Shown piece after piece: positions 23,529-36,847 of a DNA stretch of 64,000 nucleotides. The notes under the pieces were generated by a model. It was not told where the DNA came from. It made no database searches and was given only the letters and a program-made list of their open reading frames with translations. The first letter of the stretch is position 1. Each line of letters starts with the position of its first letter. The translations under genes and the position numbers were made by a program. Source of the DNA: Oikopleura dioica (lineage: Eukaryota > Animalia > Chordata); contig OU015568.1 in assembly GCA_907165135.1 (NCBI GenBank), forward strand, positions 8,060,001-8,124,000. Reading direction: 5' to 3'.

Positions 23529-25651
23529 ATGCAGAGAAACTCAACGCCCCAGGTACACCCTTGACACTAATTTTTATAAAGAGAGATCGATGTTTTCCAC
23601 CATAGAGAGACATTATCATTTATCCCGTTAATTCATGCGTCATTTTCTAGCCACCTGCCCAGTCCATTCCCGAGCACATCACCTTCACCCTCTGCGCCAC
23701 TTTCGCGATTCTATACAATCAGCTCTACAACGGCTCGCACTACCACTTTACCCGCGATGACCTCAAACGTCTCAGAAAGCATCTCCAACTCTCCAACACA
23801 GTTTCATCAACAATTGAGACATTTGCGAGCATGAAACTCAAACATAGCGAAGCGTCCTTGGATGGCTTTTTCAAAGGAATCGGGTTCAAGATGCATATTA
23901 TTTATGACGCACGCAATGGCCGTTAATTATTTAATTTTAGAATAGCCACGTAAAGACCCAGAATGATAGTTCTAGCGGAATATGGACACCAAGAAGATAT
24001 TATGAATGTTCTCCTCCGATGGGCAATCAGTGACAATGGTTATGATGCGAGAACGAGAGCTGTTTTAGAAAGCTTTTGTAAAAATCTAAAGCTGGATTTA
24101 AAACGCTACGAGGCGAATTTTGCAAGTGCGCTGCGGATTAAAGCATCGAAATCGTCCAATGAATTATCCAAAGAAGAAGAAGAAGAAAAGAAGAAAAAGA
24201 ACATCAAAAGAATCGCCATGATCTCAGTTGCCTCCATCGCTGGGGCTGGGTTGACTGCTTTGACAGCTGGTCTGGCGGCTCCGCTGGTTGCTGCTGGGAT
24301 TGGAACTGTTTTTGGCACTGGGGCTGTGGCAGGACTAAGCTCGGCAGCAACTGTCGCGATTGTGACGACAGTATTCGGAGCTGCCGGCGGCGGATTAGCT
24401 GGATATAAAATGAAAAAGCGTGTCGGGGGACTGGAAGAATTTCGATTTGAGAAGATACGAGAAAAGAACTCGCTTCACCTTGCTATAGGAAAATGTTAGA
24501 TATGATCCAAATGAGCTTACATCATCTTTAAACCATACCTGAAACTCATCGATTCAACACACAGTCGCTCATATTTAACCTTAGCAAAGCGATCTCAGGA
24601 TGGACTGGCGATGATGATTCTGGATTCACAAAGCCTTGGAAACGACTTGATCTGTCTACCGAGCAAGAATCGCTAATATGGGAGTCGGAGTATCTCCGTG
24701 AACTTGGCACGTCAATGGATAGGCTAATAAGCAGCGCTGCGTCAACTGGAGTTTACCAAATCCTCAAATTAACCGTATTAAGCAGCTTATTAGCGGCTGT
24801 TACCCTACCAGTGACTGTCATGTCCGCTGCGAGCTTGCTCGACAATCCATGGGAAAGGGTTGCTACTTTTACCTCAAATGATCTTTATCGGATAATTACA
24901 ATCTATCAAAGTCAGTTTGTTGCAGACGAGCACGCCAAGCTGGCGAAGAACTTGCGAATCTCCTCTATCGACGAGTTCATGGAAAGCGACCAGTAAGCTT
25001 GATCGGCTGCTCAACCGGAAGCTTAGTTGTTTGGCACTGCTTGAAAACTCTAGCTGAGAAAGGACCTGAAGCTTATGGCATCATCTCCAACGTTGTTATT
25101 CTTGGCGCGCCAGTTAGCACTGATGCGTGCGAATGGGAGAAAGTCCGGCTTGTTGTTAGTGGCAAGGTATGATTTTTGTCGAGTGATTTTTCTTACGAAG
25201 CCAAGGTGATAAATGGATGGTCAACAAATGACTGGGTACTTGGAATGCTTTGTACAAGTCAAGTGTGCGGGACTCATCGTGTCAACTGGCGAACTCTTTC
25301 TGACAAGCGGTGTCTCAACATCCGACTTGACAAGACTATTTCAGGGCATACTGGTAAGAGAAAATGTATTAAATTCAAGATGCAAAATGTATTTTAGACT
25401 ACCATCGGCGAATGACTAGAATCTTGAGCCTTATCAATGCCTGTCGAGAGGACTTTGAAGTCATCGATTTCTACGCGTCCGCTTCTTCGAGTCATACAGA
25501 GCTTCTTGCCAACAAAACCAGCCTGGGTCTACGCCGGGCATTCTCTCTTTCCGATCTCTCCTCAACCTCAACCGACCACGCACTGTTCTCCAAAACTTCA
25601 CAATTCTGTTCACGAAGTGCTTCAACAGACCAAATCCAATTGATAAGATAA
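23529..25651 (+). CDS. TMCO4: TMCO4 / DUF726 alpha-beta hydrolase-like membrane protein
   Basis: GYDARTRAVL, LTAGLAAPLVAAGIG, GAAGGGLAGYKMKKRVGGLEEFRF, LDNPW, NVVILGAPV, INGWSTNDWVL, ISGHTDY. Start approximate. Confidence 0.88.
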
Positions 25652-25799
25652 TACAATGATAAGCTTATTAGTATTATTTATTCGTATTGGTACATTATGT
25701 ATAGGTCGATACATTAGGTAAAATAGGCAGTAAAAGTTTTGGTAGGTAAACCACAGGATTGCAGCAATAAAAGTATCAAATATGAATTTTCAAGAAAGC

Positions 25800-26428
25800 C
25801 TAGACGGTCTCAGTTGGTGGCGTGGCCTCGGGTTCCTGAAAATAAGCATTTAAATCGGCAATGTCAGGCTTTTAATTTTTCAAATAGAGATTCATTACCT
25901 GGTATCTCGTCAGAGCATGGATCGCAATAACAAATGAAGATGCCCCAAGAGTCCAAAAGAGTGCATGACCAGCACTGGCGAGGAAAAATAACGGTCCAGA
26001 AACGACGGCAGAAAGTGCGAACTAAAACAATTAAGAATCATTTGAGCTTGTTGAAGAATACCTGTTGGTGGACTGGTAGATCACGTCCGATAATTTTTGG
26101 CCCTTTTTGCTCGATTAGGTTCATTAAAATGAAGAATAAAGAGATGGCAATGAGCAGGAGTGGTGATGTGATAATGGCGTATACCAAGAGCAAGGTTGTG
26201 AGAACCTTGAAATTGAATTAGTTAATTATCAATGCACATCTTATCTTTTCTCACCATATAATTCGCATGGTAGACTTCGACATTTTTGAGGAAGATTCTC
26301 TTTAGTTCTTGCGGACTCTCTGGCTTCCTGAAAGACGAAAAATCCAAAAACTCGGACCAGGGCTTAACCTTCTCCCGCTGGTGAGCAACCCACTCGCGGG
26401 CTACTGGATTGCGCAGAGAGAGGGCCAT
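25800..26428 (-). CDS. RABAC1: Prenylated Rab acceptor 1 (PRA1 family)
   Basis: KPWSEFLD...KNVEVYHANY motif followed by hydrophobic hairpins and AGHALFWTLGAS. Confidence 0.88.
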
Positions 26429-26711
26429 CCTTTTATACCACTTTCGCCGGTTTCACTTCGGTACCCCGCTAGGCACGAGAAAATTGCGTTTCTAGGTTGA
26501 ATGCATCAAAAAGACAAGCAAAATCAATAGTGCGTTGATTTCCGATATGGAAATGTTTCATGTTTATAAACTCAGAAAAACCAGCTGATAAGCGAAGAAC
26601 AGCTGACTGATAAAGATCTATGCGAAGCTGAACCGGTCCCTGAGCACACTAGTACGTCTTCTTTAGAAATCTCTTGTATTGGAAATTATAGTTTTGTTAA
26701 GTTTAGTGGCC

Positions 26712-29700
26712 TTATTGAGAATGTGGGTGTCCGGGCGGCGGTGGAGCTTCCAATGCCCGGGACACGAACCCTCCCTCCGGCCAGGTTTGGCGCTGAAATA
26801 AATATTGTCAGCAGAAGAAATCATGTTCACTAAATCTTTCGTATAACTTCGATATTTTGTCCCATAACAAGACGTTTTCACAAAGAACTTTAAAGGCAGT
26901 GTTTGAATTTATTTTAATAATTGAATGAACAGGAGCTTTATTAGATTCCCTAGATATGAAGCTCTCCATTTTGAATGCTTCCACCTCTTCTCAAAGTTGT
27001 GAGGTCGTTGTTTCCACGATGCGAGTCACAGCTTAATTTTGATGAAATTTATATACATAGAAGAATACTTACTTTTCAGAGCAGTCTGAATCTGAATCAG
27101 AGTCGGACAAGAACTTGCTTACTGGAGTTGTTACGACAAAATAGTTTTGCTCGAATCGGCATCCTTCATTCACTTATTAGGCTAGAAAAGAGGGTTGAAG
27201 AACTAAATAAGAGCACCGAATTGATGGTGTTTTTTCTATCCAGACCTAAAGGACTGCTTATATAATCCTTCATAATGGGAAGATCGTCGTCGGTGAGGAA
27301 TTTGGTTGTAGCAGTTTGGCTTATTTGAACTGTTTCTGAATTGGAATCATCTACCAAATTGCAAATTTTCTCCCTTGAATAAACGTCAGGAGTTGGATCT
27401 GAAGCGGTTCGGATCTCATCCAAGTGGTCTTTCTTTCGCTGATACATTAAAAAGGCGGCAGTGGCGATTGCGACAAGAATGACGACTGGAATTGACCAGA
27501 GGAAAAAATTAGGTGGATTGCTTCTCATGACTTTGATAGAAAAAACTGTTCGGCGGTCACCAGATGAAGCAATAAAACGCTCCTTGAAACTAGTGGAGAA
27601 ATTTCGCGCGATAAAAAAAACGTTGTTGTCATCGTCGACTTCCAGTTTTCGAGGCACTGTGAGGTCATCTTCGTAGTTGTAAACCTTGACGATGCTGTAC
27701 TTTCCTCCATCATTGTCTGTGAATTCTAAGGTTCCTATTTTCGTTCTTCTTGAGATCACCCAAGGAGTTGTGAAAGAGACGATATTGTTGTTCGCGTTTT
27801 TCACGACAGGGAAGAACTCGTCTACATCTTGGACTGAAATCTCAATTTTGCCCGTGTACAACATTGTCCCAGGATCCCACAAATCGACGGTATACGCTCG
27901 TTTCTCCTCGTAATTGAGCATCCTTGTCAATTTAAGCTTTCTAAATTTCAACTCGAATGGAAGCTGCTCAGATGACCGGTCCACGATCATCCCGTCAATT
28001 CCATTTAACAAAATCGATCCAGGCGATTTTGATTCTTCGACTTCAATCACCAGCTCAGCGAAGGAACGAGATTTTTGGAGGACATACATCGGACTAAATC
28101 CGGCTTATGGGGTTATCAATTTGCGTTTTTTTTTTCGTATATGAGTTAATTGATTTATTATCTGATGGTAATAATCCCGGTCTTGATTTCTTATTGAGGG
28201 GCGTAAATTGGGTCTGATGTTCAGGCTTCTCAACTTACGCCCCTTTCCTTAGAACGATGGGCTTGTCTGACGCAAAATTTTGGCAGGTAATAGCCCCAGG
28301 TTCACTTGAAATGAGCTAAAATAGACAAATTACCGTCATATAGAAGTGTGTCGACGCGACGAAGAAACATACTTCGGCTTTTAATAATAGAGCACAGTTG
28401 TTAGACAACCACTCACCGACGAACTGGAACAAGCTGCGCGAGTTGGCGAAATGATACCATCAATTTTGTATATGGGGTTCAGCTTCATCCGATTAGAAAC
28501 CGCCAAAGCCACTAGAATTAATACTGAATAAATCAATCCGAAAAGCGTTCATGAGTACCGGCAACGCTTTTATCCCCAATGCTTATTTGAATTTCATCGA
28601 TTCTTTTGACCTCTTCCGCCGCAAAACCTCTTGAGTACACAATTACTCGTCCATTATCCGGCGAAAACTTGGCATCAAAATATTCAACGGGCGAAATTTC
28701 AACTGAGACGTTTTCATCGAATCTGTAGCTTCTTTCAAATCGGATGTCCATGGAGTACAAGATTTCTCCGGGAGGTATCCAGCTCTTAGAAAGAGTCAGT
28801 GTGCCCAAATCAGCTGGTGGGATGATTTTCGTTTGAGAAGCGGATTGATGTGCAATCAGAAAGGTTCTTGAATTTGAGATAGAGCTGGAGGCAATGAATA
28901 TTGAAGTGAAATCTGCTTGACTGCTAGGAAAACTTAATTCCAGCGCATCTTTTTCTTTATTCAGGAAGACATTGTAATCCAACGCGACCTCGCCAAATCC
29001 GTCGGTAATTGTTAGATTTGAGCTGTCGAAGTTTGTCGAGTCCAGTTGGAAAGCATTTTCAGACGAATACAAAACAGTCTTTCCGTTTGCTGGTTGAATG
29101 AAAAAGCATTGATTGTCTGTATATTTCCCGTCAAAGACAGACACGCAAATGTCCACCGCATCAAAAGGATATCTTCTCAGATGCATAAAGCCGGAGAAAC
29201 GTTCTATGCTTACAAACTTTTTCCCCTTCGTTATGGAAAATTCAAAGAATGGCGTTTCATCGAGATCTGTGACTTCGACCCTGTAGAGAAGCATTCCAAC
29301 TGGATAATCTTCTTCCACGAATATGTCTCCGATCGGCTGAATGACAGGTTTCTGGTCATTTTCTTCGAGAACATGGATGAATGCTTCGATAAATCTGCTT
29401 TCTTTCTTCAATCGCGTGGCGATCAAAATTTTGATGGTGCTGGCAATTTCCCTGTCGACGGATCCAACAACCCAGAGTTCATTTTTCTTCATTTGAAAAA
29501 GCTGCCTTTCAGATTGTCCCACAATCGAGTATTTGGCACCAGCATTCAATGGCAAAGTGAGCAGGTGTTTTTTCACCGCATCATTTTCTTTCAAAAATGC
29601 ATGATACTCTTCCACGGGGAAATCGAAACCTAAATTTTGAATAGCCGGTCTTTTCCTCGAATAACAAACTGTTCCTTACCAATATTTTTGTTTTTGTCTT

Positions 29701-31162
29701 GATTTCTCCATGGCAGTATTTCAAAAGTTATTTGCGCTGGTATTGATTGCGCGCTTAAATCATATGCCAGAATCGTGCAGTTGATATTTCTGTCGAAATC
29801 TAATTTCCCGCGAGTTTGAATTTGACCCGTATAATAATTGACTCCGATTGAGCCGGGGCAATCTTTCGTCACTGTAAAACGCGACCGCCCGTTTGTCCCA
29901 GAATCCGGATCGGTGGTGTTCAAAACGGTCAATGGTGATATTTCGGCTGACTCCATCGCGTTTAAAGTGCGGAATTGATCGTTGATTATTGGGATGTTGT
30001 CGTTTATGTCGATGAGTTCAAGTGTTATATTGATTCGTGCAGAGGAGGATTCCGACACTGCTTCAACTTGGAAAAACAAAGAAGGGTCTGTTTCCCGGTC
30101 GATTGGGTCAGTGATGAAGATTTCTCCGGTTGTTTTGTTTATCTGGATGGACTTTATGCTTTGCTTTAGTCGGTATTCGATGCCGGTATTCCTGAAAGTT
30201 GCGAGCTCTATTTGAGCGATTGCTTGAGTCCGAGAGCTCCAATTTTCCGGCGCGCGGATTTTGTAGACATCGTTGACAAACGACAAGGGCTTCTTCTGTA
30301 GAATCGGAATAACCGCGTATTGAAGAATCGGGCGGTCGAGTGCGAAAGCGAACAATATTATTGCGTCCTTAGAGCACTTTCCGAGCGAGCCAGAAATGAA
30401 TATTTCATCTTGTTTTACGTAGAATTTAATCTTTGATTGGATTTAGAATGCCTGAATTTAGCCGTTCATTTCACTGTATTTTTCGATCCAAAGCTTATCT
30501 CCGAGGCAGGTCGAGTTCGCCACAAAGGTCAACGAAGAAGTTGAGTCGGGGAAAATGGCTTTTAAGCTGTCAATGGCTCGCCAAGTTGGGGAGTTAGTTA
30601 TTTAGATTTAGATATTTTAGAATTGATTTGTGGCCGTGCAGATGGTGAACCGGCCCTGAGTGATTGATCTACTAACTGACGGCTCTTAAGCAAAGGGCTT
30701 ACTCAATCAAGTAGTTAATTCTTTATACATGTATGCTTGTAGTAGACTGTGTAAATAAACTGTATCTGTAAGCCGTCCCTCTGCGACAATCGGCTTATCG
30801 TAGCTACTCCGTAAAGAAAATGAAACTCTGTCTAATAAAGCAGATGGAAGAAGAGCTGGATTCTGCGCGAGAACCTCGATCAGCAGTAAATTCCCATCAG
30901 AATCGTACAAATAGCTGTCTTTCTTTGACGTGCTCAAAGTTAAACTAAAAATTTGAAAAAATGAATTGTTCTAATTTTTCCACCTTTCAGAGCCCCAGAA
31001 ACACTCCATTTCTTCTTTCCACAAAACAACGGTCGTGTAAAATATTCTCCCCGTCAGATCTTTCTCGAAGTTCTTCGTTACTTCTCCATTGCAAGTCAAT
31101 AATCTCTGCGCTAAATTGCTTCTCAAGAATGTGAAAAGGAGGAGGATGATTTTGCAGCACAT
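26712..31162 (-). CDS. Divergent cadherin-repeat type I membrane protein
   Basis: Signal-like MCCKIILLLFTF; cadherin Ca-binding motifs IDRE, DINDNIP, DPDSG, LDFD, VDRE, EENDQKP, LNYE, DVDEFFP; TM FFLWSIPVVILVAIATAAFL. The 3' end is uncertain (26712-26950). Confidence 0.8.
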
Positions 31163-31536
31163 GTTTAAATTTCTGTGTGCTTATATTAGAAAGTATGGAA
31201 TGCGGCTCCAGAAGATCGCTGTAGATTGCTCTAGCCAAAGCTTGACACGTCAGATGGCGTCCGTCAGCACCAAGCGCTCCCCACTGGACACCCGTCAAAC
31301 GAGATTAATATTTTAATAAATATATCAGCGACAATTAAAATTGATGCCAATTTTCATCAAGGATCCTTAAAATAACATGCAGAGTACAATTTCTCCGCGC
31401 AAAATTTTGAACACCAACATCCTCAAAAAACATCTTGATAAACAGCTAAATGAGTCAATATTCCTGTTATTTCGTCGGCGATTTCATTTCCTCTTTAAAA
31501 ACGGGAAAAATCACTGCCCAAAGCTTGAGTTTCGCG

Positions 31537-33401
31537 ATGAACTCAAAAATCATTTTTCTCCTATTTTTTAAAAGAGAATGTTTCGGTGCGATTCCAACAG
31601 TGGAGGAAGCAAGTTCTTTGGTGAAATTCGGCCCTGGTACTTTGAATCAATGTCAAAACTTCAGGCAAAGTTTTTCGACAAACGATGATGGGACGCGAGT
31701 TTATGTCATAGAATCGAGCCATCCGTACTCAAACGATGAGCATTGTGTGCAGGTTGTTGGAGACGAAAATTGCTCAAAGATAAAGTTTCAAATCACGGAA
31801 TTTGCCATCGAAGATGAGGATCCAGGAGATGACTACAGACATGGGGATGGGATCTCGCACTGTGAGTTTGATGCATTTCAGATTTCTTGGAAGGATAATG
31901 GATTCTACAAGTAAGCATTCTACTCGCCTTCATATTATGTAACTACCTTTAGTACGACCGGACGACTTTGCGAGAAAATAACGGAACTAGACAATCCTCC
32001 TCCAAGGCAAGGACGAGTATCTGATTACGAAGGTGAAATTTCAGCGGTACTTTTTCACCGATAACTATTATAGGAAATGACCCAGACGAGTTAGGCTTCT
32101 ATAGGCGATGGAATACTATTCATGGAAATTGGTTCGCCATCTACTTTTCGACAGATGCTGCAACAGTTCTTCATGGCTTCAAAGTTGAATGGATGTGCGC
32201 GATGAAAGTTGAGGAAGATGCCTTACCTGAAGATGCTGTCGATGAATCAGGTAAATTTGAAATAAAATAACTTTTAAAAATTGAGTTTCAAATGATCTTG
32301 TAGTGAGGTCAGAAGAAGAGTTAGGGATGTACGAATGCGACAAAGAAGGATACGAAGTCCTGGACACTGAGAATCATCATATGGGAGAGCTAAACGGAAC
32401 ACCGGTCTACAATGGTTTATATAATTTCGACAGTCCCGGATTATATTTTATGACGAAAGAGTCCGGTCGCTGGACTTATAGAATGGAGCTTCTTTACGAT
32501 TCAGAAGAACTAGGTTAGCATAGACATCATATAAAGAGTCTTTTACTCATTTTTAGCGTGGGTGATCCGAGGTGCTCGAGCTGTACCGAGATTCGGTGGT
32601 TTCGATTATCCACCAGAAGAATGGCGAACACGCTTTGTCCTCGAGTCCGACCAAGCATGTCCTTCAAATGGCAATTGGTTTTTCGTGGATAATTTCAGAT
32701 ATCGACACGATGCTACTCTGCGTGTCATTCCTCAACAAAAAATTAGCGAGTTCGAAAGGTCAAATCTTCCGGACATGGATTCCCAGAATACAACTGCAGT
32801 CAATGACGTTGAAACAACTGCGTTACCGTTGTTCGACTACACAATTCAGACAAATGAAGATAACTCTACCACAGGAATCGAAGACCGGAGGCTTACAACG
32901 GGTTCTGTAGCTTCATTAGAAGTTACAACGAAAGCAGATTTGGAAGAAGTTGGCACACCAAATTCAAGAGCAAATTCAACAACAGCAAAATCATTAACGA
33001 CAACAACAGCAGCACCCACTGCTGAGCCAAAGTCAGCTACAACAACGCAGATGACAACGCACACAACTACAACTACAACAACAACGACGACGACACCAAC
33101 GAGAACGACAACAACAACAACGACCACAACGAGAAGACGACGCACAACTCCTCGACAAGCGACAAGAAGACACCTGAGAACACGGACAACAACAATTCCG
33201 AGAACAACTACTAAGCGATCTGTAACAACATCATTAGATAATATTTCAGGTAAATCAAGATCTTTGCTTTCAATTCAATGGCAATTTTTAGCGACTGAAG
33301 AAATTGGGAGCAACGGAGTCAGCATTTGGATAGTTTTAGGCATCATTCTCGCCTGTTGCATTGTTGTCATCCTTGTTTTCGACATCTGCAAGAAGTGTTA
33401 A
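31537..33401 (+). CDS. CUB-domain, Thr-rich mucin-stalk type I membrane protein
   Basis: Signal MNSKIIFLLFF; CUB-like SHPYSNDEHC...FAIE...CEFDAF...GRLC...FSTDA...GFKVEW; poly-Thr stalk; C-terminal TM. Confidence 0.75.
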
Positions 33402-33785
33402 ATCAATTAGAAATAAACGAAACTGAAAAAGATTCCGATTTGAATTTGCTTTTGATAGGAAACGCTCTTTATTTGTTCAAGATTAGGCCTATTGTTAGAA
33501 CTTGTGGACTTACGTCTATTCACATCTGTGTTTATTCTTGCCAATTCTGACGAGCTCGTTGTGGATTAATTGAAATTTTGGATCGAACAAGGAGTAAAGC
33601 TGTTTGGCGAATTTAACCACTTGTGGTGCAGTTTAGCGTTCAATAAGCCACTCGGAAGGGCATCAACTGCGCCCGAACACGCTTCCATCACCACGGAAAC
33701 AGAGAAATCCAAATTCCACTCTCCGTAATTTACTTTCCCTTTTTCGACTTTTTGATGATGCCGCCGACGTAAAATTATCAAAGAG

Positions 33786-36765
33786 ATGATTGAATATTTG
33801 TAAGCTTATAAATAAAACCGAAGAGATGAAAATTTAATTAAGAGGATCAGAAGTAAACGAAAAAGCTCATGGTTTTGGTCTGCAAAAATGCGAAGAATTT
33901 TCGCACTCTGGTTGGTGGAAAGATGGAAGGCCAAATGGGTTCGGCCTAAGAATTTATTCCGACAACACTGTTGATATTGGAGTATGGGAAGATCAGGAAA
34001 GGATTGCCTTCACAATATCTTTATGTTACGAACAAAAAAGTGATCCAAAAAGACTTTGATTCAAACTGCCACAATTTACCCAAAAGGTCTCCAATATCTG
34101 ATGGACAAGAAATACGGTCGTCTCGAGGCATTTGCTCATGCCAAGGTCAACTGTCAGAAGATGATCAGGAAATTTGACTTGGAAGAGCCCGTTTATACAG
34201 ATGTCACTTCTAGCAAGAAAGCGTTTTCCTCGATGATGAGAAAAATGAAATCGAGAAGGTCGAAAGTTCACTTTCTCTCAGGCAGATTTTGATAAATCAA
34301 AGATATAAGTGTTAGTATTAGTACAGGAACAGGTGCTTGTCCCGATGTGCAAACTTTTCTCATATGAAATGTCAAAATCGTGTGCAGCTTGAGACAGTAT
34401 TTGCGGACGCAGGATTGTGTATCGAAACCGTTGGGGAAGGCAAGGAAACGGCAACAGGACTTTGATATATCACAGGATCAGCATATCTTGAATCTATCTG
34501 AGGAGTCTTCTATTCATAGTTCCTTTTGGAATGAAGGTAAATTGTCATTATTCGAATTTATTTCTTATAAAAAAAATTAGTTCGATCTCTTGATAAAACT
34601 GGTGGAAACACATTCGATGCACTTCGTTTAGTCAAATCCTTTCCACCAGGTCCTCTCACAAAAAAGGGGTGTAGGGCGCCCAGGTTCACAATTGTGAACC
34701 CGGTTCACAATTTTGTGAACCCGGTTCACAATCTGTGTGAACCCGGTTCACAAAATTTTTAAAAGTATGAAATCAGGGGTCTGTATGCGCTCCGCGCCTG
34801 ATTTCTTAGAGAAACTCATTTTTGACGTTATGAGCTTTCTTTACAACCGCGCCTTCAGTCAATTTCAGTCACTTTTTTTGACCGAAATTGTGAACCAGGT
34901 TCACAAAATTGTGAACCGGGTTCACAAAATTGTGAACCAACCGATTGTGAACCTGGGCGCCCGCCACCCCAAAAAAGATAAGCAGTGCTCTAGACCTGAT
35001 TTCCTCCAAAAACTTTCCAGAGTTCTATCAGGTATCAGACAAAATATAAAAAACAATCAGCATTGTTTTCAGCTACTAAGGCAAGGCCTCAACCCAAATT
35101 CACGAGATCTGCTCGGATATTCCCTTCTTCACGCATCTGTTTTCACAAACAGTGCTCGCACTATTCAAATGCTATTGACTGCTGGTGCCATCTCACAGGA
35201 AGCGTTATGTCAACTCAACGGATAAAGAATACTGTAACATTGTCAGTATAAGTTTGTTGTATCAACAAGCATCGACCAAACGCATAACAGACATGCTTGG
35301 ATTTCACGCCATTGCACTTGGCAGTTTTCCTTCATTACCAGTCGCGGTTGGCGCATTTGATCAAGTTTCTGCCTGTTGAAAGCTCAGAAAAAGGAGATAT
35401 GGATAGACAAGACTCTGAAATTGACTCTGCTTACGGATCGCACGAAACAAGTCGCATCACGAGCTCGAGATACACGAAGAGACCGCGGTCATCTAAGTTC
35501 TCATCTATTCAAAGTACGCCAAGAAAACTTAATCGACCAAGAAGTACTCCGTCGCGATTTTCCCTCGTCAGAGAGCGTCCGTGTCGCCCTGCCGAGAGCT
35601 TTAAAAACATCATCAGTTTATTTCTCCGCGTTGGAATAATCGAGAAGCAGGCATCTAATGAAATTCCTCCTCTTCTATTCTACCCCGTGCTCGCAAAAGA
35701 TGAAGAAATCACCCGCGCGATGCTGCTATCCGGTGCCGAGACGTCGGATTGTTTTCTTCAGGACGGAATACTGCTGGAAGCAATAACGTTATCGCCAGAA
35801 ACGACGGCGGATATAACTGCCATGTTGGTTTATTCACGCGCCGTTGCTAGTAGACCTGCTCGTCTGTCAACACCGCCGGACAGGGTCAACAAGAAAGTTC
35901 GGCTGAATTTATCGCAGAAGATTACGCCCGAGTTTAGCAGTGCTTTGTTTAGATGTGCTAAGGGCGGACACATCGACCAGTGTATAAGCCTGATTCTAAG
36001 TGGATCTGATATCAACGAAGAGTTCAACGGAAACTCTGTTCTGGGGGTCGCCATTTTGAACGGCCATTATGAACTTGTTGTTGAGCTGATTAAACTCGGT
36101 GCAGATCCATCTTCAACCGAATCAAACGGAGGAAACCCTGTTGGTCTTGTTCTCCACCCATCGACAGATCATCTATTCACCATCACTCAAAAGATAGAGC
36201 TGGTAAATCTTCTGGTAGAATCAGGAGCCAAGGTCTATTCAAAATGCAAACTGCGACAAAAATCAACAAGTTTCATCAATACCATCGACTTCATTGATAA
36301 ATCCTATCATCCGAAATATGGAAATCCGCCATTGAGAGGTGGCTTCTTCTCCGAACTCACTCAAGACGAGAAAAGAAATTACTTGGCAAGGGGAGAGTTT
36401 CAGTCTTATCTTCTGTCGATTCTCAAAGAACAACTGACTGAATTGGCTCATGCAAAAGATCCTAAAGGTAGAAAATTAGTTGAAGATAGTGAAATTATTA
36501 GATAATTCTAGCTCTCTCTGCTTGTTTTGAATGTGGAACCGCGAGTAAGAAGCTTGTCCCTGATTCTCATTTCAAAGTCATCGCCTTTTGCGGGTATGAA
36601 AATTTCTAGTTATCAAATATTCATCCTTTTAGGTCAAAATGCAGAAAGCTGTTTTGGCGATCGAACCCGAGCAGGACAAAAATCATCAGTAGAAAGCGAA
36701 AAGTTTTCAACTTCGAGCCATTTTTCCTGCAAAGTAATCTTATCGACAACTATTCCTACAATTGA
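33786..36765 (+). CDS. ANKMY1: MORN + ankyrin + (degenerate) MYND protein
   Basis: MORN-like GWWKDGRPNGFGLRIY; ankyrins (GYSLLHASV, FTPLHLAVFLHY, SVLGVAILNGH); ANKMY1-like FSELTQDEKRNYLAR; spliced tail ACFECG...AFCGSKCRKLFW. One coding exon is interrupted by a MITE. Confidence 0.8.
34666..34970. mobile_element. 305-bp MITE with subterminal palindromic repeats, inserted in an ANKMY1 exon
   Basis: TIR GGGGTGTAGGGCGCCCAGGTTCACAAT / ATTGTGAACCTGGGCGCCCGCCACCCC (2 mismatches); AAAAAA duplicated at 34660-65 and 34971-76; repeated TGTGAACC(C/G)GGTTCACA units near both ends. Confidence 0.88.
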
Positions 36766-36847
36766 AAGAAGTGTGTGTTCTTTGTTTCATATTTTCTGCC
36801 CTACGATTGTACCTAAAAGTTCAAATAAACTCCTGTTGCATGTTCAT

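Noticed and set aside
33040-33200. ACA/ACG microsatellite-like tract (also ~19055-19085)
   Set aside because: Coding poly-Thr mucin stalks of the CUB and CADM-like proteins.
34680-34960. Repeated TGTGAACCCGGTTCACA palindromes resembling a CRISPR array
   Set aside because: Only 2-6 nt between units, no unique spacers, no cas genes, eukaryotic context; these are subterminal MITE repeats.
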